This document shows positions 13,661 to 27,256 of a stretch of 64,000 nt of DNA, one piece after another (the stretch's first letter is position 1; each line of letters opens with the position of its first letter). The notes under the pieces are model-generated. The model saw nothing but the letters and a program-made list of their open reading frames with translations. It did not search any database and had not been told where the DNA came from. Origin of the DNA: Glaucostegus cemiculus. Taxonomy: Eukaryota. The stretch is from contig CDPCPM010000370.1 in assembly GCA_976551045.1 (NCBI GenBank), positions 1,054,001 to 1,118,000 on the forward strand, in the 5' to 3' direction. The position numbers and the translations under genes are program-made.

Positions 13661-13879
13661 TACTTGGTGTCTGGTTGCAGAACTGCAGAGAACCACACTG
13701 ACAGAACACAAACATGGACACTCAAACATATGCCTCACAGAAACAAATAGACACAATGCGAGTTACAGAAAAATGTGCAAACACAACCAGGAAAGACGAG
13801 CGCCGTTAAACACAGACGAAGATTTCAGCAGATACATACATAGGGATTCTCAGGTCACAGAGAGACTGACGTTAAAAAT

Positions 13880-15485
13880 ATTTGGAGTCAACAGCCGGGT
13901 AGTGAAGGAAGTACTTTAGAAATAGAGGAGGCATCAGTGATACATTTTCAGGAATCGATAGACGCTGGCGTGGTTCCAGAGGAATAGAGGGTCGCGAATG
14001 TAGTTCCGTTGTATAGGAAAGGCGGAAGACCGCATAAAGGAAATTACAGACCTATCAGTCTTACGTCTGTGGTGGGGAAGATTCTATAATCGATCCTCAA
14101 GGACGAGGTGATGGAATACAAGGAGGTGCAAGGCAAGATAGCTCCTAGCCAACATGGGTTCATGAAGGGAATATCCTGCCTGACCAACTTATTGGAATTT
14201 TTTTGAAGAAATCTCAGGCAGGGTGGACAAGGGAAAGGCTGTAGATGTAGTGTATTTAGACTTTCAGAAGGCATTCGACAAGGTGCCGCACAAAAGACTA
14301 ATTAGTAAGATGAGAGATCAGGGAATAACAAGCAGGATAACAAAATGTGTGGAGCGTTGGCTGGATGGCAGGAAGCAGAGGGTGGGAATAAAAGGTTCCT
14401 GTTCTGGTTGGCTGCTGGTTACTAGTGGTGTTCCGCAGGAGTCGGTGTTGGGGCCCCTTCTTTTTCCATTGTATATTAATGATTTAGACGAAGGAGTTAA
14501 TGGGTTTGTGGCTAAGTTTGCGGATGACACTAAGATTTGGGGAGGAGTGGAGAGCAGTGAAGAGACAAGAAAGTTATAGAGAGACTTGGATAGTCTCGGA
14601 GAATGGGCGAGGGAATGGCAGATGAGATTCAACGTGGAAACATGTGCAGTTGTACACTTCGGAAGTAGAAATAAACGTGCAGACTATTATCTAGAAGGAG
14701 ATAAATTGGAAGTACAGAAGCACAAAGAGACTTAGGGGTGCTCTTACAGGATAACCTAAAGGTTATCCACCAGGTTGGATCGACGATAAGGAAAGCGAAT
14801 GCTATGTTGGCATTTATTTCGAGGGGTATAGTATAGAAAAGCAAGGACGTGATGATGAGGCTATACGGGGCACTGGTGAGGCCTCATTTAGAGCACTGTG
14901 TACAGTTTTGTGTCCCATACCTTAGGAAGGATGTGTTGATGTTGGAGAGAGTTCAGAGGAGATTTACCAGGATGATTCCTGGGTTGAAAAGGCTTACATA
15001 TGATGACCGACTGTAGGCACTTGGACTGTACTCGTTGGAGTACAGTGGAATGAGAGGGGACCTAATGGAAACATACAAGATGTTGAAAGGAATGGACAAA
15101 GTGAATGTGGTCAAGCTGTTTCCCTTAGTGGCGGAGTCCAGGACGAGAGGGCACTACCTTAGAATTAGAGGAAGCAGGTTCAAAACAGAGATAAGGAGGA
15201 ATTTCCTCAGCCATAGGGTGGTGAACCTGTGGAACTCCTTACCACAGAAAGCATTGGACGCCAGATCATTGGGGATATTCAAGAAGGAAATAGATAGATA
15301 TCTGACTGGTCGAGGTATCAAGGGATATGGGGATAAGGCGGGAATTTGGAGTTACAATAGTTTTTCTTTTCCTCATTCTTGTTCATCCTCTTTTTCCCCT
15401 TTTTTCTCCACCCTCCCTTCCCTTTGGAGCAGACTCGATGTGCCGAGTGGCCTGCTTCTGCTCCATTATCTTGTGATCTTGTGAG
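13880..15485 (+). mobile_element. CR1 LINE, 5'-truncated, reverse transcriptase region with stops and frameshifts
   Basis: Contains GNYRPISLTSVVGKIL, VDVVYLDFQKAFDKVPH, SGVPQESVLGPLLF, FADDTK and RTRGHYLRIRG...RVVNLWNSLP, followed by a short tcttgtga repeat tail. Confidence 0.92.
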
Positions 15486-16225
15486 CTGCTGATGGTGAGT
15501 CCAGAGGGACATATTTTCAGCGACCGGAAGATCCAATGAACAACATTTTCATCGCCAAGCGTTTCTACGTCCTCCTGTGATGCACGTGGGTGCCAACAGT
15601 CGTTGATAACACTCCAGCCAAAGTCCGCGGAATATGGAATGGAAGAACGTCATGCACAAGAGAAGGAATCATACACAACGCAAGTATTGTGTATCGTTCC
15701 GCTCACTCCGTTACCTGCCGTTCAGATTGGAAGGCAGGAGGTGCAGAAGAAATCCACCGGGATGTTGATCAATAGGGAACATTCATGAGGAATGAAAGAC
15801 TGGAAAGGTATGCTGATAAGAAAGTTATCGGTAACGGTGCCCGATCCGACGGCCTCGGATAAAGTAAATAAGAAAGATCCATTTCCATAATCTCTGGGAT
15901 TAAATTAATCCAGGAGAAGATAAGAGAAAGGATCGGGGAGACGTTCATGACACATTACCCCTCTTTCTGGATCACCGCCTCTGTAACCATTCGGGGGAAC
16001 ATCTGGCGTCAGAGCAGGCAGCGGAGATCAACATGGCGGCCATAGTTTTCCAGACGAATGGTTCATCGGATTCATCAAGATGAGTCTCGGGGCACAGAAC
16101 TGAGTTACAGAGCCGCTCAGCTACAGCCAAAGACAGGAAAACCGTGAATTTATGTCAGCACTTATGTCAGTGCTGAGTGGGAAAATATTGAAATAGACTG
16201 AAGACAAAACTCTCGCGCAGAGATT

Positions 16226-16240
16226 CCACGAGAGGGCAGC
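16226..16240 (+). promoter_or_regulatory. CTCF-like motif upstream of tRNA-Glu pseudogene 3
   Basis: CCACGAGAGGGCAGC, in the same context as the motifs at 268 and 5457. Confidence 0.5.
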
Positions 16241-16347
16241 AATTGATCAGGATCTGTCCGGTTTTCCCGCTCCGGGATGTCCACAGCTCATGGGAAATTT
16301 CGTTGGACAGATTTCACCAGACAGGCAAGTCAGCTCTTTTAGCTGTA

Positions 16348-16418
16348 TCCCTGAAGGGCTAGTGTTTATGATTCGGCGCTTGCACGGCTGCGGCTCGGTA
16401 TCGCTTCCCACTCAGGGA
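16348..16418 (+). pseudogene. highly decayed tRNA-Glu pseudogene
   Basis: TCCCTGAAGGGCTAGTGTTTATGATTCGGCGCTTGCACGGCTGCGGCTCGGTATCGCTTCCCACTCAGGGAA keeps tRNA-Glu ends and GATTCGGCGCT, but the B box is decayed. Confidence 0.6.
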
Positions 16419-17455
16419 AATTGAGAATGCATTCCTTTTTTGGAACCAAAACTCGGGTACCGGACTGAGGCGCGCCCACCCGTTGCAACATCAGCTTGCC
16501 GCCCAGCGTGAACCGGCACCAATCGATCAATTCTTAAACTGGCGTCAATATACAAACTCGTCGAAATAAAAACAGTGCACATTGACGATAGCGGCTAGTT
16601 CTGTTTCCCTTTCCACTGATGCTGCCTCACCTGTTGAGAGTCTTCGGCATTTTCTGCTTTTTATTCGTATTTCCTTCATCTGCAGTTTTGGTTTGCTTGC
16701 CATGTGTTCTCTTTAGGATATTTTAGACCATATACTGGCATTAGACCATTTTTAGGGCACATTTCCCTGTTCTTTCATACATATTACAAAAAATGAAATG
16801 GAAAGAAGAATCCAATTCAATGAGGGACGAAGCCTTAAAAACAAAATGGATAAAGAATGCAGCCGGACATCTCTTTAAATACCGTGACAGCCACTTAAGT
16901 CTTCCCAGCCCGAGAGCAAGAAAGCAACTTTGTTCCACATAGCAAGGAATGGTTCACCGAAAAGAACATGGAGATTGCCGTTTACAAATGTTATCTCGAT
17001 TAATGGACTGCATGTATGATAAATTAATGAACAGCGACAATAATTATGAATGAAAACCTGGGTATGTTTCCAGATCGCATTCACAATAGTCAATCCAGAG
17101 GTCTTATTCACTGATCCCAAAATACAATTTGTTTTCTTTTTTCTCCACCCAGATGATTTTTACATTGCCATTGACCCATTGCTCACTACGACCCAGCGGC
17201 ACCCTAAACTCCACGGCTTTGAGTCCGCACATACTGAACTGAATGCTTCACTGAATGCCTCTCCCCTTTGACCCACAGAATGCATCTAATGTCAGAGCAA
17301 AATGTTAGCAGCAGCTAAGAAGTTCTCAAACTGGAGGTCAGATAATCGTTGCCTCTTGGTGACGCAGCAGTGCGTGCTGTAGAATTGGTTTCCGCTGGGT
17401 CCACGTGTCAACGCTGTTAAATAGGGTAGGCAGAAACCCTGAGCTGAACAAAGAG

Positions 17456-17623
17456 NNNNNNNNNNNNNNNNNNNNNNNNNNNNNNNNNNNNNNNNNNNNN
17501 NNNNNNNNNNNNNNNNNNNNNNNNNNNNNNNNNNNNNNNNNNNNNNNNNNNNNNNNNNNNNNNNNNNNNNNNNNNNNNNNNNNNNNNNNNNNNNNNNNNN
17601 NNNNNNNNNNNNNNNNNNNNNNN
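17456..17623. other. assembly gap (168 N)
   Basis: Run of N characters. Confidence 1.
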
Positions 17624-18269
17624 GGTTAATAATCCTGCGGGCATATTTCCGTCATGATAAAATAATGGGATGATTTCATTCCTGCTTTTGTCTTTGGATT
17701 GTACTTTCCACTCACACATAACACTGATACAATGTGACATAAATCCGGAATATCAGTGGAGTTGCTCTGGGCTAGTAAGCGGTGGAAACGTCGCCTTCCA
17801 CCCAAGAACAATGCGCCAGGAAATACTCCCAATATCCACACGTTCGTCAATGTCATCAATCAATAAAGAAGCATGACAGTGCAGCAGCAACTCATACTGG
17901 GTGCAGTGGAGATCTTCATGAGTCCATTCCTGGTGATCTACCATCTAAAGCATGTACTATGGCAGGGACTACGCAGAGGGAGCGCAGAGTGATATCAACA
18001 GGGACAGGGAGGAGTGTAAATCGACTGAGAATGGGCTGCTGCAGAGTGAGATGAGACTAACATTCAGTTAGGAGTAACAATGGCTGGTGATACTACAGCC
18101 AGACAGGTACCGATATGCATGTACAAACTAATACGGAATGGCGATGGGAAGAAATGCACGAATAGAAAGTCAAGCAAGGCAGAAACCAAAGCCAAACCTA
18201 GAAAAGAGATGTAAGAGTGGAGTACCAAAAGGTCAAATGAAAACAAGACAAAGATTACAAGATTCTAAA

Positions 18270-19740
18270 ACCATAATGCGTGTAAGGCCGTAGTATTCGA
18301 AACAAGTTCAATGAACCTTTGACATAAAGCAATATAAATCGGTCAGATTTAGTGGCCATTGCAGAAATGTGGTTGCAAAGTGGAGAGAATTGAGAATGAC
18401 ATTTCCAAAGGTACCAGGTAACACAGAAGGCTGCGCAAGAAGGTAAGGAAAGTCGGGTAGCGCTCCTAATTCAGGATGAGATCACAGTGAAAATGAGAGA
18501 TGATATAGGATTTAAGGAGCAGAATGTTGAGTCCATCTGGATCGGTATTCGGAACAGTAAAATGAAAAATCCGCTGGTGCGAGTAGTGCGTAGGCCATGA
18601 ATGATAACATTACAGTGGCACAGGCAACAAACCAAGGCATACATGATGCATGTAAGAACGGAACGGCAGTTTTCAATTGGGACTTCAACTTCGACATTTG
18701 TCGAAACAAGTTGGTTGAGGTAGTCTTGAGGACGACGTTGTAGAATACAACCATTATAGTTTGCTCGACCAACATGTTCCTGAACCTACAAGGGAAAATG
18801 CTATCTTTGAACTGGTCCTGTGCAATGAGGCAGATACAATTAACGATCATGCAATTAGAGATCCTCTTGGAAAGTAGTATCATGATATGAATGTATTTCT
18901 CATCCAAATAGTTCGATTTAAAGCCATTGCATTTGGCGTAAAGAAGGGAGACATCAAATGGTTGAGGGAGAATTTGGCTAGAAGCGGACTGGGAACACAG
19001 GCTATGTGGTCGGACAGTAAAGGAACAGTAGAACATTTTCAAAGATTTTTCAGTAAATAACTAAAGTCCATTTCATTTAAAAGAAAGGACAGCAAGGTTA
19101 GGGCTAACCAGCTTTGGATATCTGAGGCAAGGAAATGAGACATCAAGCTAAAAGCTCATGCACACGAAGTCCCTGAGTTTAGTGCAAAACTGGAACATTA
19201 GGAAAATTACTGAAAGCAGCAAAGAATCACTGAGCAAGCAATGGGGCCAGCGAAGATCAAACATGAAAGTAAATTACCACAAAATATTTAAAAAGATGGT
19301 ATTTTTAAAATTTATATTAAGCGCAGCAGGGTAGCTGAAGTGAACTTGGGACCCTTAGAATATGAGATAAGGGAATTAATATCGGGTAATTGTAGAAATA
19401 GCTGAGAGCTTCAACGTCGGTTTTCATGGTGGATGATACGTGACAGTCTTCACGGTGAAGGATACGTCTTGCCTGCCAAAGAGATGTCATGGATGAGATA
19501 TCATGATTGAGGACCTCTGTACAATCGCTGTCACTAAAGATGTAGTGATGAGCAAACTCGTGGGCCTAAAGGTCCACAAGTCCCCTGATCCTAATGGGAG
19601 GCATGCCAGTGTACCAAAAGAAATGGCGGAAGTTATAGCAGTTGCATTTTAGATAATTTAACAAAATTCACTGGACAGTTCCACTGTGTACAAAGGCCAG
19701 CAACTACAGGCCAGTTAGCTTGACGTATGTATGGAATATG
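18270..19740 (+). mobile_element. degraded CR1 LINE ORF2 (endonuclease to RT linker)
   Basis: Remnants include DLVAIAEMWLQ, EQNVESIW, GDFN-like, KSPDPNGRH and NYRPVSLT. Similar to 6.3-7.3 kb. Confidence 0.7.
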
Positions 19741-21929
19741 CTTGTAGCTATCATTTTACATGCGATAAGCGTGACTTCGTTTGTTTGTCTGCCTCAATTA
19801 TCATTGGATGGCAGAGGGTGTCAGGACTCCATTTCCACATTGACATCATATTTTCTTCATCGATGATGATCATTCATCTTCCTGCTTCGTTTGAAAGAGA
19901 CGTGAAAGAAGTGCGTTTATTCACGTTTAAATCTGTAAGTTTGGTATTTTTCCTTCAACTAGATGACATCTGCATTGTTAATAGAATCGATAGTTATTGA
20001 AACAATGCGGCCGCCCAAGCGGCTTCCAACGGAGCGTTGGAAAGCTGCCTCTGCAGATCAGGGTGGCTGAGTGATAAAGAGGTTGGTCTTAAGATACAAT
20101 GAAGGAATGTTCGTGGCGGTCCGAGCCACACTGATTGTGTTGCAGAAGAGGTTGTGAGTGCTTCATTTCTTTATTCTGTCAAACTCACGTGACTATTTTC
20201 TTCCTTCTGACCTTGGTATTCTTTACCAGAGCAGAGATCACTGACGGCATGTGAGGTAGTGTTGCATGTTGTGCTGATAAAGATAATGACGTGAATTGAA
20301 GACACACTACAGGAACACAATGAGGTATCCTCTAATTCAGAAAGTCCAACAAATTTGTTGGAGCTGAATCACCTTAAATTAATTTTTAGATTTCTAATAA
20401 CTGGTTTAATCACTACGATGTTACATGCAATCGCGTCTTTAAATTTTTGGAGTCCATTCTTCATCTCCACTCTGCTACTTTCTGGAATTTCCTTCCGGAC
20501 AGCAGTTTGGGAGGACATTCACCATCAGAACCGCAGGTGATGAAGAAGGCGGTAAACCCGCCATCTTCTCAAGGGCAAGGAGGAATGGATGTTCTCGCAG
20601 ATTGTGGGGGAGATAAGCAATTATAAATAATTTCTGAGAAACTGCAACGAATTACAAGCGATCATCAGCAAACTGGGAAAATACGAAACAAAGGGCACAT
20701 CAGCTTGAGGTTGGACAACACTTCTTGAGCATTCACGAAGTAGAATAGTTAGTTGGACAGTGACTTCACGGTGCGGCGGTGTGTTGGCCAGACGCAAAAA
20801 AAAGTGTCATGACCACAAATGCAACTTTATTTGAAAGGAGCGGGACAGGTCTCCACAGTGAGCTGGGGAAGAAAGTCTCGCGCTGCAGTGAATGCACAGA
20901 ACAATCATTCTTTCAGATTAACTCATATGTGCAAATTCACTGCAGCCAAGGTCTGTCTCCAGTCCTCCTGGACATATTGTTTGGGACAAGACCTCGCTCT
21001 GTGAAATCCACATGCAAGCTGACGTGGGGCAATAGGCTCGTGTAATGTGAAACCACGAAAGTAAGCCTTCCCATCCCGAGGAGTGAAAGCATTTTATTTA
21101 TTGAACCCAAGAAACCACTTGAGAAGGAACTGGTAAACAAAATATTTATTTCCTGGCATTGCGGAGAACAATGAGGAATCCCTTGCTGAACAAAAGAACA
21201 AGCCATGTTGCAAATGTTGGCGGGTAATTGGAACCTCAAGCGTATTTATAATAAAATGACCAGTAAATTATTTGGCTTCCAGATTTTTCTTACAATCATG
21301 AATTATGTCGGTCTGTTCACACAGTATAACAGTCCCTGATAGATGTCCTCAAAAGTATTATGATTCGTGATGGTTAAGAAAAAAACTTCGCTGGGCTTTC
21401 CCCTAAGATACTGTATGATTTCGGCCAAAATTGAGAGGATTAGAGGAGACGTGAGACGGAGGTTTATCTCACGAAGACGATGGTTGGAATCTGGAAGGTG
21501 CAGCCTGAGCGCTGCTGGAAGCAGATATTTCGAAATTTCAAAGGGAAATCGTCAAAGACAATGAGGCTGCGGACCATGTACTGGTAAATGGATAAACGTC
21601 GATGGATGCTTTATGGTCAGCAAATACACGGTGGACTGTAGGTCCTGTTCCTGAGCAATAGGACTCAATAAAACAAAACTAGGTTGGAACTTTTACTTCC
21701 CTCGTACGAGCTATGAAGTTTCAATGGACTCCATGTTTCGCAGGAACCTGCGGCCTCCCACTGGGATTGAACTTCAGCTGCCGCAGCAAAGCTCTCTGCA
21801 GAAGAGTCAACACCCGCCGCTTTGCGTTGAATGAATAAACTGGACGACGTTGTAACATCCCGAACGGTTTGATAAGTCAGATGCAGGCGAATACCTCATG
21901 GCGAATGTTATAACTGGATTTGGGAGAGG

Positions 21930-22380
21930 GCATAGTCCTCTCGGCCGATAGGACAGCCTCTCTGTCCTGTTACCGCCTGATTGAACTGCAAAGCAGCCAG
22001 GATAATCAAAGAACAGGCTTACCCTGGACATTCTCTCTTCTTCCCCTCCCATTGGGTAGAATTATACAAAAGCCTGAAATCACGTACAACCAGGTTCAAG
22101 AACAACTTCTGTCCCGCTTTAATCAGAAAATTGAATGGCTTCATTGTACGATGAGCTGGACTCCTGACCGAACAATCTGCTTCCTTGTGACCTTGCAAAA
22201 TACTGTCAAACTGCACTGTACATTCTTTGCACTGAAACACTTCATTCTGCACTTTGTTATTGTTTCAACCTTTGTACTAATTCAGTGCATAGTTGTTATG
22301 AATGAATCTGTATGGGCAACATAAAATATAAATTTTCACTGTACTTCGGTAAATGTGACAATCATAAACCAACCGATTTA
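21930..22380 (+). mobile_element. Rex1/Babar-like LINE 3' fragment
   Basis: ccctggacattctctcttc...PLPLGR...aaccaggttcaagaacaacttc resembles the HPGHSLF-PLPSGRR-TRFKNSFFP terminus, followed by an AT-rich 3' UTR. Confidence 0.55.
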
Positions 22381-22994
22381 CCAATTAAACAAGTTCTCCT
22401 CAAACGCTACGCTGAAGCGTGCGTCAGCGCCTTTTGAGAAGGAACTTGTGAAATAATGAAATATCAACAAATATTAAACGGGTGAAGAAACACCTACTCA
22501 TTCTATCCAGAGACAGAAATGCAGGGAAATTACCCTTTATCTCTTCGGATTTATTTTTCTCTTATATATATGAACGCCACATCTGTGATACAATTCCAAA
22601 TTACCACGCACCTGTTCAGGGACTTTCGGCAGCTTGAACATCGACTTTCACCCACAAGTGATTGCATAACCGATAATAAATACAGATAAATTTCCACACC
22701 TCTGTCAACTGTTTATCAATCTACATGAGAGATAGTAAATGCAACAGTCATTTATTTCTGGTCTAGTGGAGTTATCCCTGAGATCCGTCCGGTGTAAAGC
22801 CATATAAGGTATGGACGAAGGCAATGTTTATTAAGGAATACTCTGTTGGAAAATGCACTTGAAAAGTTCTTCTGCTACACATACAAAGGCATTGACTGCT
22901 GCTGTGTTAGTGGCAGTTTCCTGGTCAAGTTTAGCGTAACAGACATTGTCTGCTGAAACCACAACACGTAAAGGCCGTGATTAAAGCATTTGAG

Positions 22995-23170
22995 TGCTGT
23001 CGTGGTGCAGCCTAACACTCCAGGAACCCTTATGTATCTTACCTAAGCTCCTGTCCGTGTGGTCTTCGCATGTTCTCTCCTAATGGCATGTGTTCCACTC
23101 AGTAATCTGAGTTCATCTCAATACCCAGATATTTGTCGGGCGTTTGTTTACTGTAAACCCCCTTCTTACT
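22995..23170 (+). mobile_element. decayed V-SINE/HE1-like element
   Basis: gtgtggtcttcgcatgttctctcc resembles the V-SINE core gtgtggagtttgcacgttctcccc. Confidence 0.35.
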
Positions 23171-24150
23171 GAAATGAAGTACTAACCAATCATTGGGGAG
23201 GAGATGGGCATGTGAACGAAGGAAGGACTGTAAGGCCCTCTAGCAAATAAGGAGATCGAGAATGGGTCTGATGTAATTTATCTGCTTGCAGTGGGGCAGG
23301 GACATAATAGGCTGAAATGCCGGCAGTGAGCAATTTAAACAACGACTTATTTTGAAGTGGAACTGGAGGGGGCAAGGCTTACCGTCAAGTGAAGTGTGGA
23401 ACGTTCCTGATTGAAAGCGTAGAAAATGCACTTCCATTCGGCTGAGCCAACTGTGAATAGGAGCAGTGTTATTTAAACAGGGACCAATCCCAGTGTCACG
23501 CAGCAGAGCGACTGCATTGATATGGCATTGTCAGAGGCAGAGACTAATGCTAAATCTAATGAGAGAGAACCGCGCGTCCATTAATCATGGATAGAGCCAA
23601 ACTGCAAAGGATAAATAAGGTGGCTTATGCCAGAGCGGCTTCGGAGTAGCGTAAACTGACGCAAGGTTTGGTTGGATGGGCTGGAAATGATGGATGGTTA
23701 CAAAAACAGTCTGAAACCATTCAGCTACAAATAATGACATCAGTATTTCTGAAACTAACAGAGAAGACTAAAGAAACGTCAGAGCAAGGAGGAAGTGGCC
23801 GATACTAAGAGAAGGAGAGGTTGCCTGTATTAGTTGATATATATAATCATTGGATCGGCTGAAGGATCAACAAGGATAGTCTGGGTGTTGTGTAGTAGGG
23901 ATGGGATCAGGAATTGCAGTAGGGTCAAGCGTTTTTCAAACGGATGTAAAAGATGATGATTGGGCTCGGGCTTGACTTGGCTTGACATGCCTAAATGAGA
24001 TTCGATGAACGCATGTGTTCGGCGCTCTTTTAATTGTCGTTTGATAGCACCAGGATTCTCACTCGATTTAAGACCAATTAACGGTGGACAACACATGATT
24101 TCATGACAAGTGACACTTATTACACGGGAAAGGTGTAAAGTTGATATAAT

Positions 24151-24156
24151 TTTATT
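24151..24156 (-). terminator. candidate polyadenylation signal of the GPCR
   Basis: AATAAA on the minus strand, about 200 bp downstream of the stop codon. Confidence 0.4.
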
Positions 24157-24353
24157 CAGTAATTTTCAGTGATATCATAACTCTTGTTTTTCAAGCCAAT
24201 ACTGTAACCATGTCTCCACAGTACCCACCTTCACAACAAGTTCACCTTTACGATATAGTTGGCAGTAAACTAGAAACAGAACATAGTTCCAATAGAAATT
24301 CACTTCATTAGCTTTCAAAGTATTTGAAGCGAGGAGGAAAATTTCATGCATGC

Positions 24354-27057
24354 TCATTGTTTGAACCTATGTCTTATTAGTTCTATAGGGTATTTAACCA
24401 CATTCTTCAACTGTTCCCTGAATTTAGTCTGTGTCCCCGCATATATAACCGTGTTGGTGCAAGAGCTGAGAAGCTCCATCATGTATCCACCTTCTTGCAA
24501 AATAAACCTCGGGTCAGTGGAATTGGAATTGCCGGCATAATTGTAGCTTGAAAATTGCACAAGTACAAAATTCACAACCGTCGCCAAACGCAAGAGCAGG
24601 AAACTGCCAGAGATGGCGAATAATATAACGATGGACTTCCTCCGGCTCTCCATTTCTGGGTCACTCTGTTTGTCTCCATTGCTCTGGGCCCGGAGCCTCC
24701 TGCGTGCAGCACTGGCAGCAAGAATGTTTCTGACAGTCAGAACGTTCAGCAGCAAAATCAACACGAAGGGGACACATGGGTTTACCATATAGATTAGCCA
24801 GTCAAAGATTATCCATGCAATTGAAGTGTAATAGACGTCCTTTATGCTGCAATACCATGGTACATTATCTACGACATACAAAGGTTCATATGTAAACATG
24901 AATGGTATATTTTTAGTGCAACATAGGACACAAACTATTCCAATAACAACAGCCGCTGATTTCGCTGTGCAGTATCTGAGTTTCAACTGTTGGCAGCAAA
25001 TGGCGATGAACCGATCGAATGTGAAAGCGACCGTTAACCAGGCGGAAGTGTCTTTGGAAAGGCCGCTGGATGCAATGACGAGACTGCAGCCGGGAGTGGT
25101 GGACAAGTAGCTGACGGGGAAATAAATAGCACGAAGCCGGCTTAATATCACAGCAGTGATAATGACCATGAAATCCATCAGCGCCATGGACACCAGGTAG
25201 CGAGTGATACATTTGGAGAGGCCGCACCTTCCCCGGGACAGAATAACAATCGTCACAATGTTCGCTGCAGCAGAAAGCGAGACACACGGTGATTAGTGAT
25301 CAGGCAACCTGCTACCTCAGTATTTATTGTGTGGTCTGGATAAATTTTGTTTCTGTGTCAGGTGATTCAGCGATCGAAACTGCCGATTTTGCCAGTGGAT
25401 ACTTGTTTACCGATAAGACCGTCATCTGGCATACACATCAGTAACTCAATGCAAAATAAAATATGTTTTGCTTTGCATCGGTCACTTTACCATTCACAAC
25501 AAAACAATTGAGGATATCAAATAGATAAAACCATTACTGAGTGGAGCAAGAAATATGTGAAGAAATAACGACGAACTTAAATTAGATAAGCCAAATAATA
25601 ACAAAGTAGAAAGAGCGACGACTCTAATGGAATTAACTTTGAAGAAACTGGACAGTTGAGATTGAAAAGGAAAGGTGGAGCACATGGCATCGATACAGTG
25701 TATTATCCCAGCAGCAGAAGCAGGTGAAAAGGGATCAGAAACATCACTGCCGTGATTCCTGGAGAGGAGACATGGGCAGGAGTGGAGGGTATTGTGGATG
25801 TTAATGACAGGGATATCTCGCAAATCGAAAATAACATTGAAAAAATCACAGATTCGTTTGCAGATGTTTCAGGGAGGGGTGGTAGGTCTGATACGAGGGA
25901 TGCTACCACAGAACATGTAATAAATGCGTGGGATCCTTAACAAGTTGTAACATTAACCATCCTTAACATCTCACTGGAAAAAGTCGGATCAGACATAATC
26001 ACACCAAGATCAGACGCTCAAAACTGTGTCAGTAAAATGAACAGAATAGTCACTTCATTTTCCTGAAAAAGAGATCGAACACATGACTACCTGAAACGAA
26101 GCGGAGATTTGCAAATTGGTTTCACGAAAGAAACGAACAAAAAAAAAAATGTACAGAAAGACAATGACGTTCCACTACCGAGAATCGCAGAAAACCTGAA
26201 ATAATAGATGCTTGATTTTTTTTTTGGCAACGGCTTCAACCTTAACAGTAGAATATGTGAGATACAGGTTTACACCGGCTTTATGGGCTTTCATTGACGA
26301 AAACATCTCAATTCATCTAATTTATGACAGATAAATGATGCAGTAAACACAATATAAACCAATCTAAAAATATTTGTGTCCGATACACAATTAATTTTGA
26401 AATTACGGCCTGGAGAGCTCCCCAAATAAAACAAAAAAAAACAATATGGACACAAAACACTAACAGAGAAAATAAGGAAACGCAAGTACATTCACACCTG
26501 CTCGCACAGAGCTCGTTGAAGCGATAGTAGTTACTGCTGTTCTATTATTCTAAACAATACATTTTGTGATATTAGCCTGTAACTGGATCAACAGGCATTG
26601 AACGAGCAAAAACACAGTAAGGTAAATAGTTAAAGCACGATGATGGTCCTGGGATTCCTATGGAGTTGACATTTCGAAAATGCATCTGTATTCACAAAAA
26701 CGATGAGAGATGAATCATTTTGGACGCTGTTTGAAACAAAAGAGTTGCAGCTGAAAAAACAAAGCTTGAGAAAGGGTACGATATTATGTGTAACTTCTGT
26801 GTTGTGAAACACGGATAGATTCGTTTTCATTAAATGATCACAACGAACAAACGGCGAGGAATTAAGGTGATCCGTCCAGTGTAACGTACGGCGGCTGAAA
26901 AGGAAGATCCATACTTAGAACATGCAGCTAAATACAGAACTACAGTAGTAAGCATTGTCCACTTATTCACTCACTATGATGCGTTACCTGGAACACCGAA
27001 AACCGAAAGCATTGTATAATAAACGGCAAATACCGGCCCCTTTCCAGGTGCATGCAT
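24354..27057 (-). CDS. two-exon class A GPCR, GPR139/GPR142-like family (exon 1 27057-26988, exon 2 25264-24354, 326 aa)
   Basis: Exon 1 encodes MHAPGKGPVFAVYYTMLSVFGVP with a G|GT donor. The phase-1 join gives GVPANIVTIVILSRGRCGLS. It contains FTFDRFIAICC (DRY-like), CVPF and SSCTNTVIY motifs and seven hydrophobic segments in an open frame. Confidence 0.9.
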
Positions 27058-27140
27058 TTTTCGTGGTGCAGAATGTTGTCACGTGATGTCAACTGTGTCC
27101 ACACGGTGTTACGATGCAGCCTTTGAAATACGCGCTGTCA

Positions 27141-27256
27141 TTTATATTAGATGTCAACCTCTGGAGCCGCAATTAGCTTACATCATACTGGTTGTTAATT
27201 AATTTGTTTCTGAAAAACAAATCAAGGCACGCACTTTCATGCCTAATTGATTAATC
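27141..27256 (-). promoter_or_regulatory. candidate GPCR promoter (TATA box plus TAAT clusters)
   Basis: TATAAA on the minus strand at 27146-27141, about 85 bp upstream of the ATG. Several TAAT/ATTA motifs lie further upstream. Confidence 0.45.
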
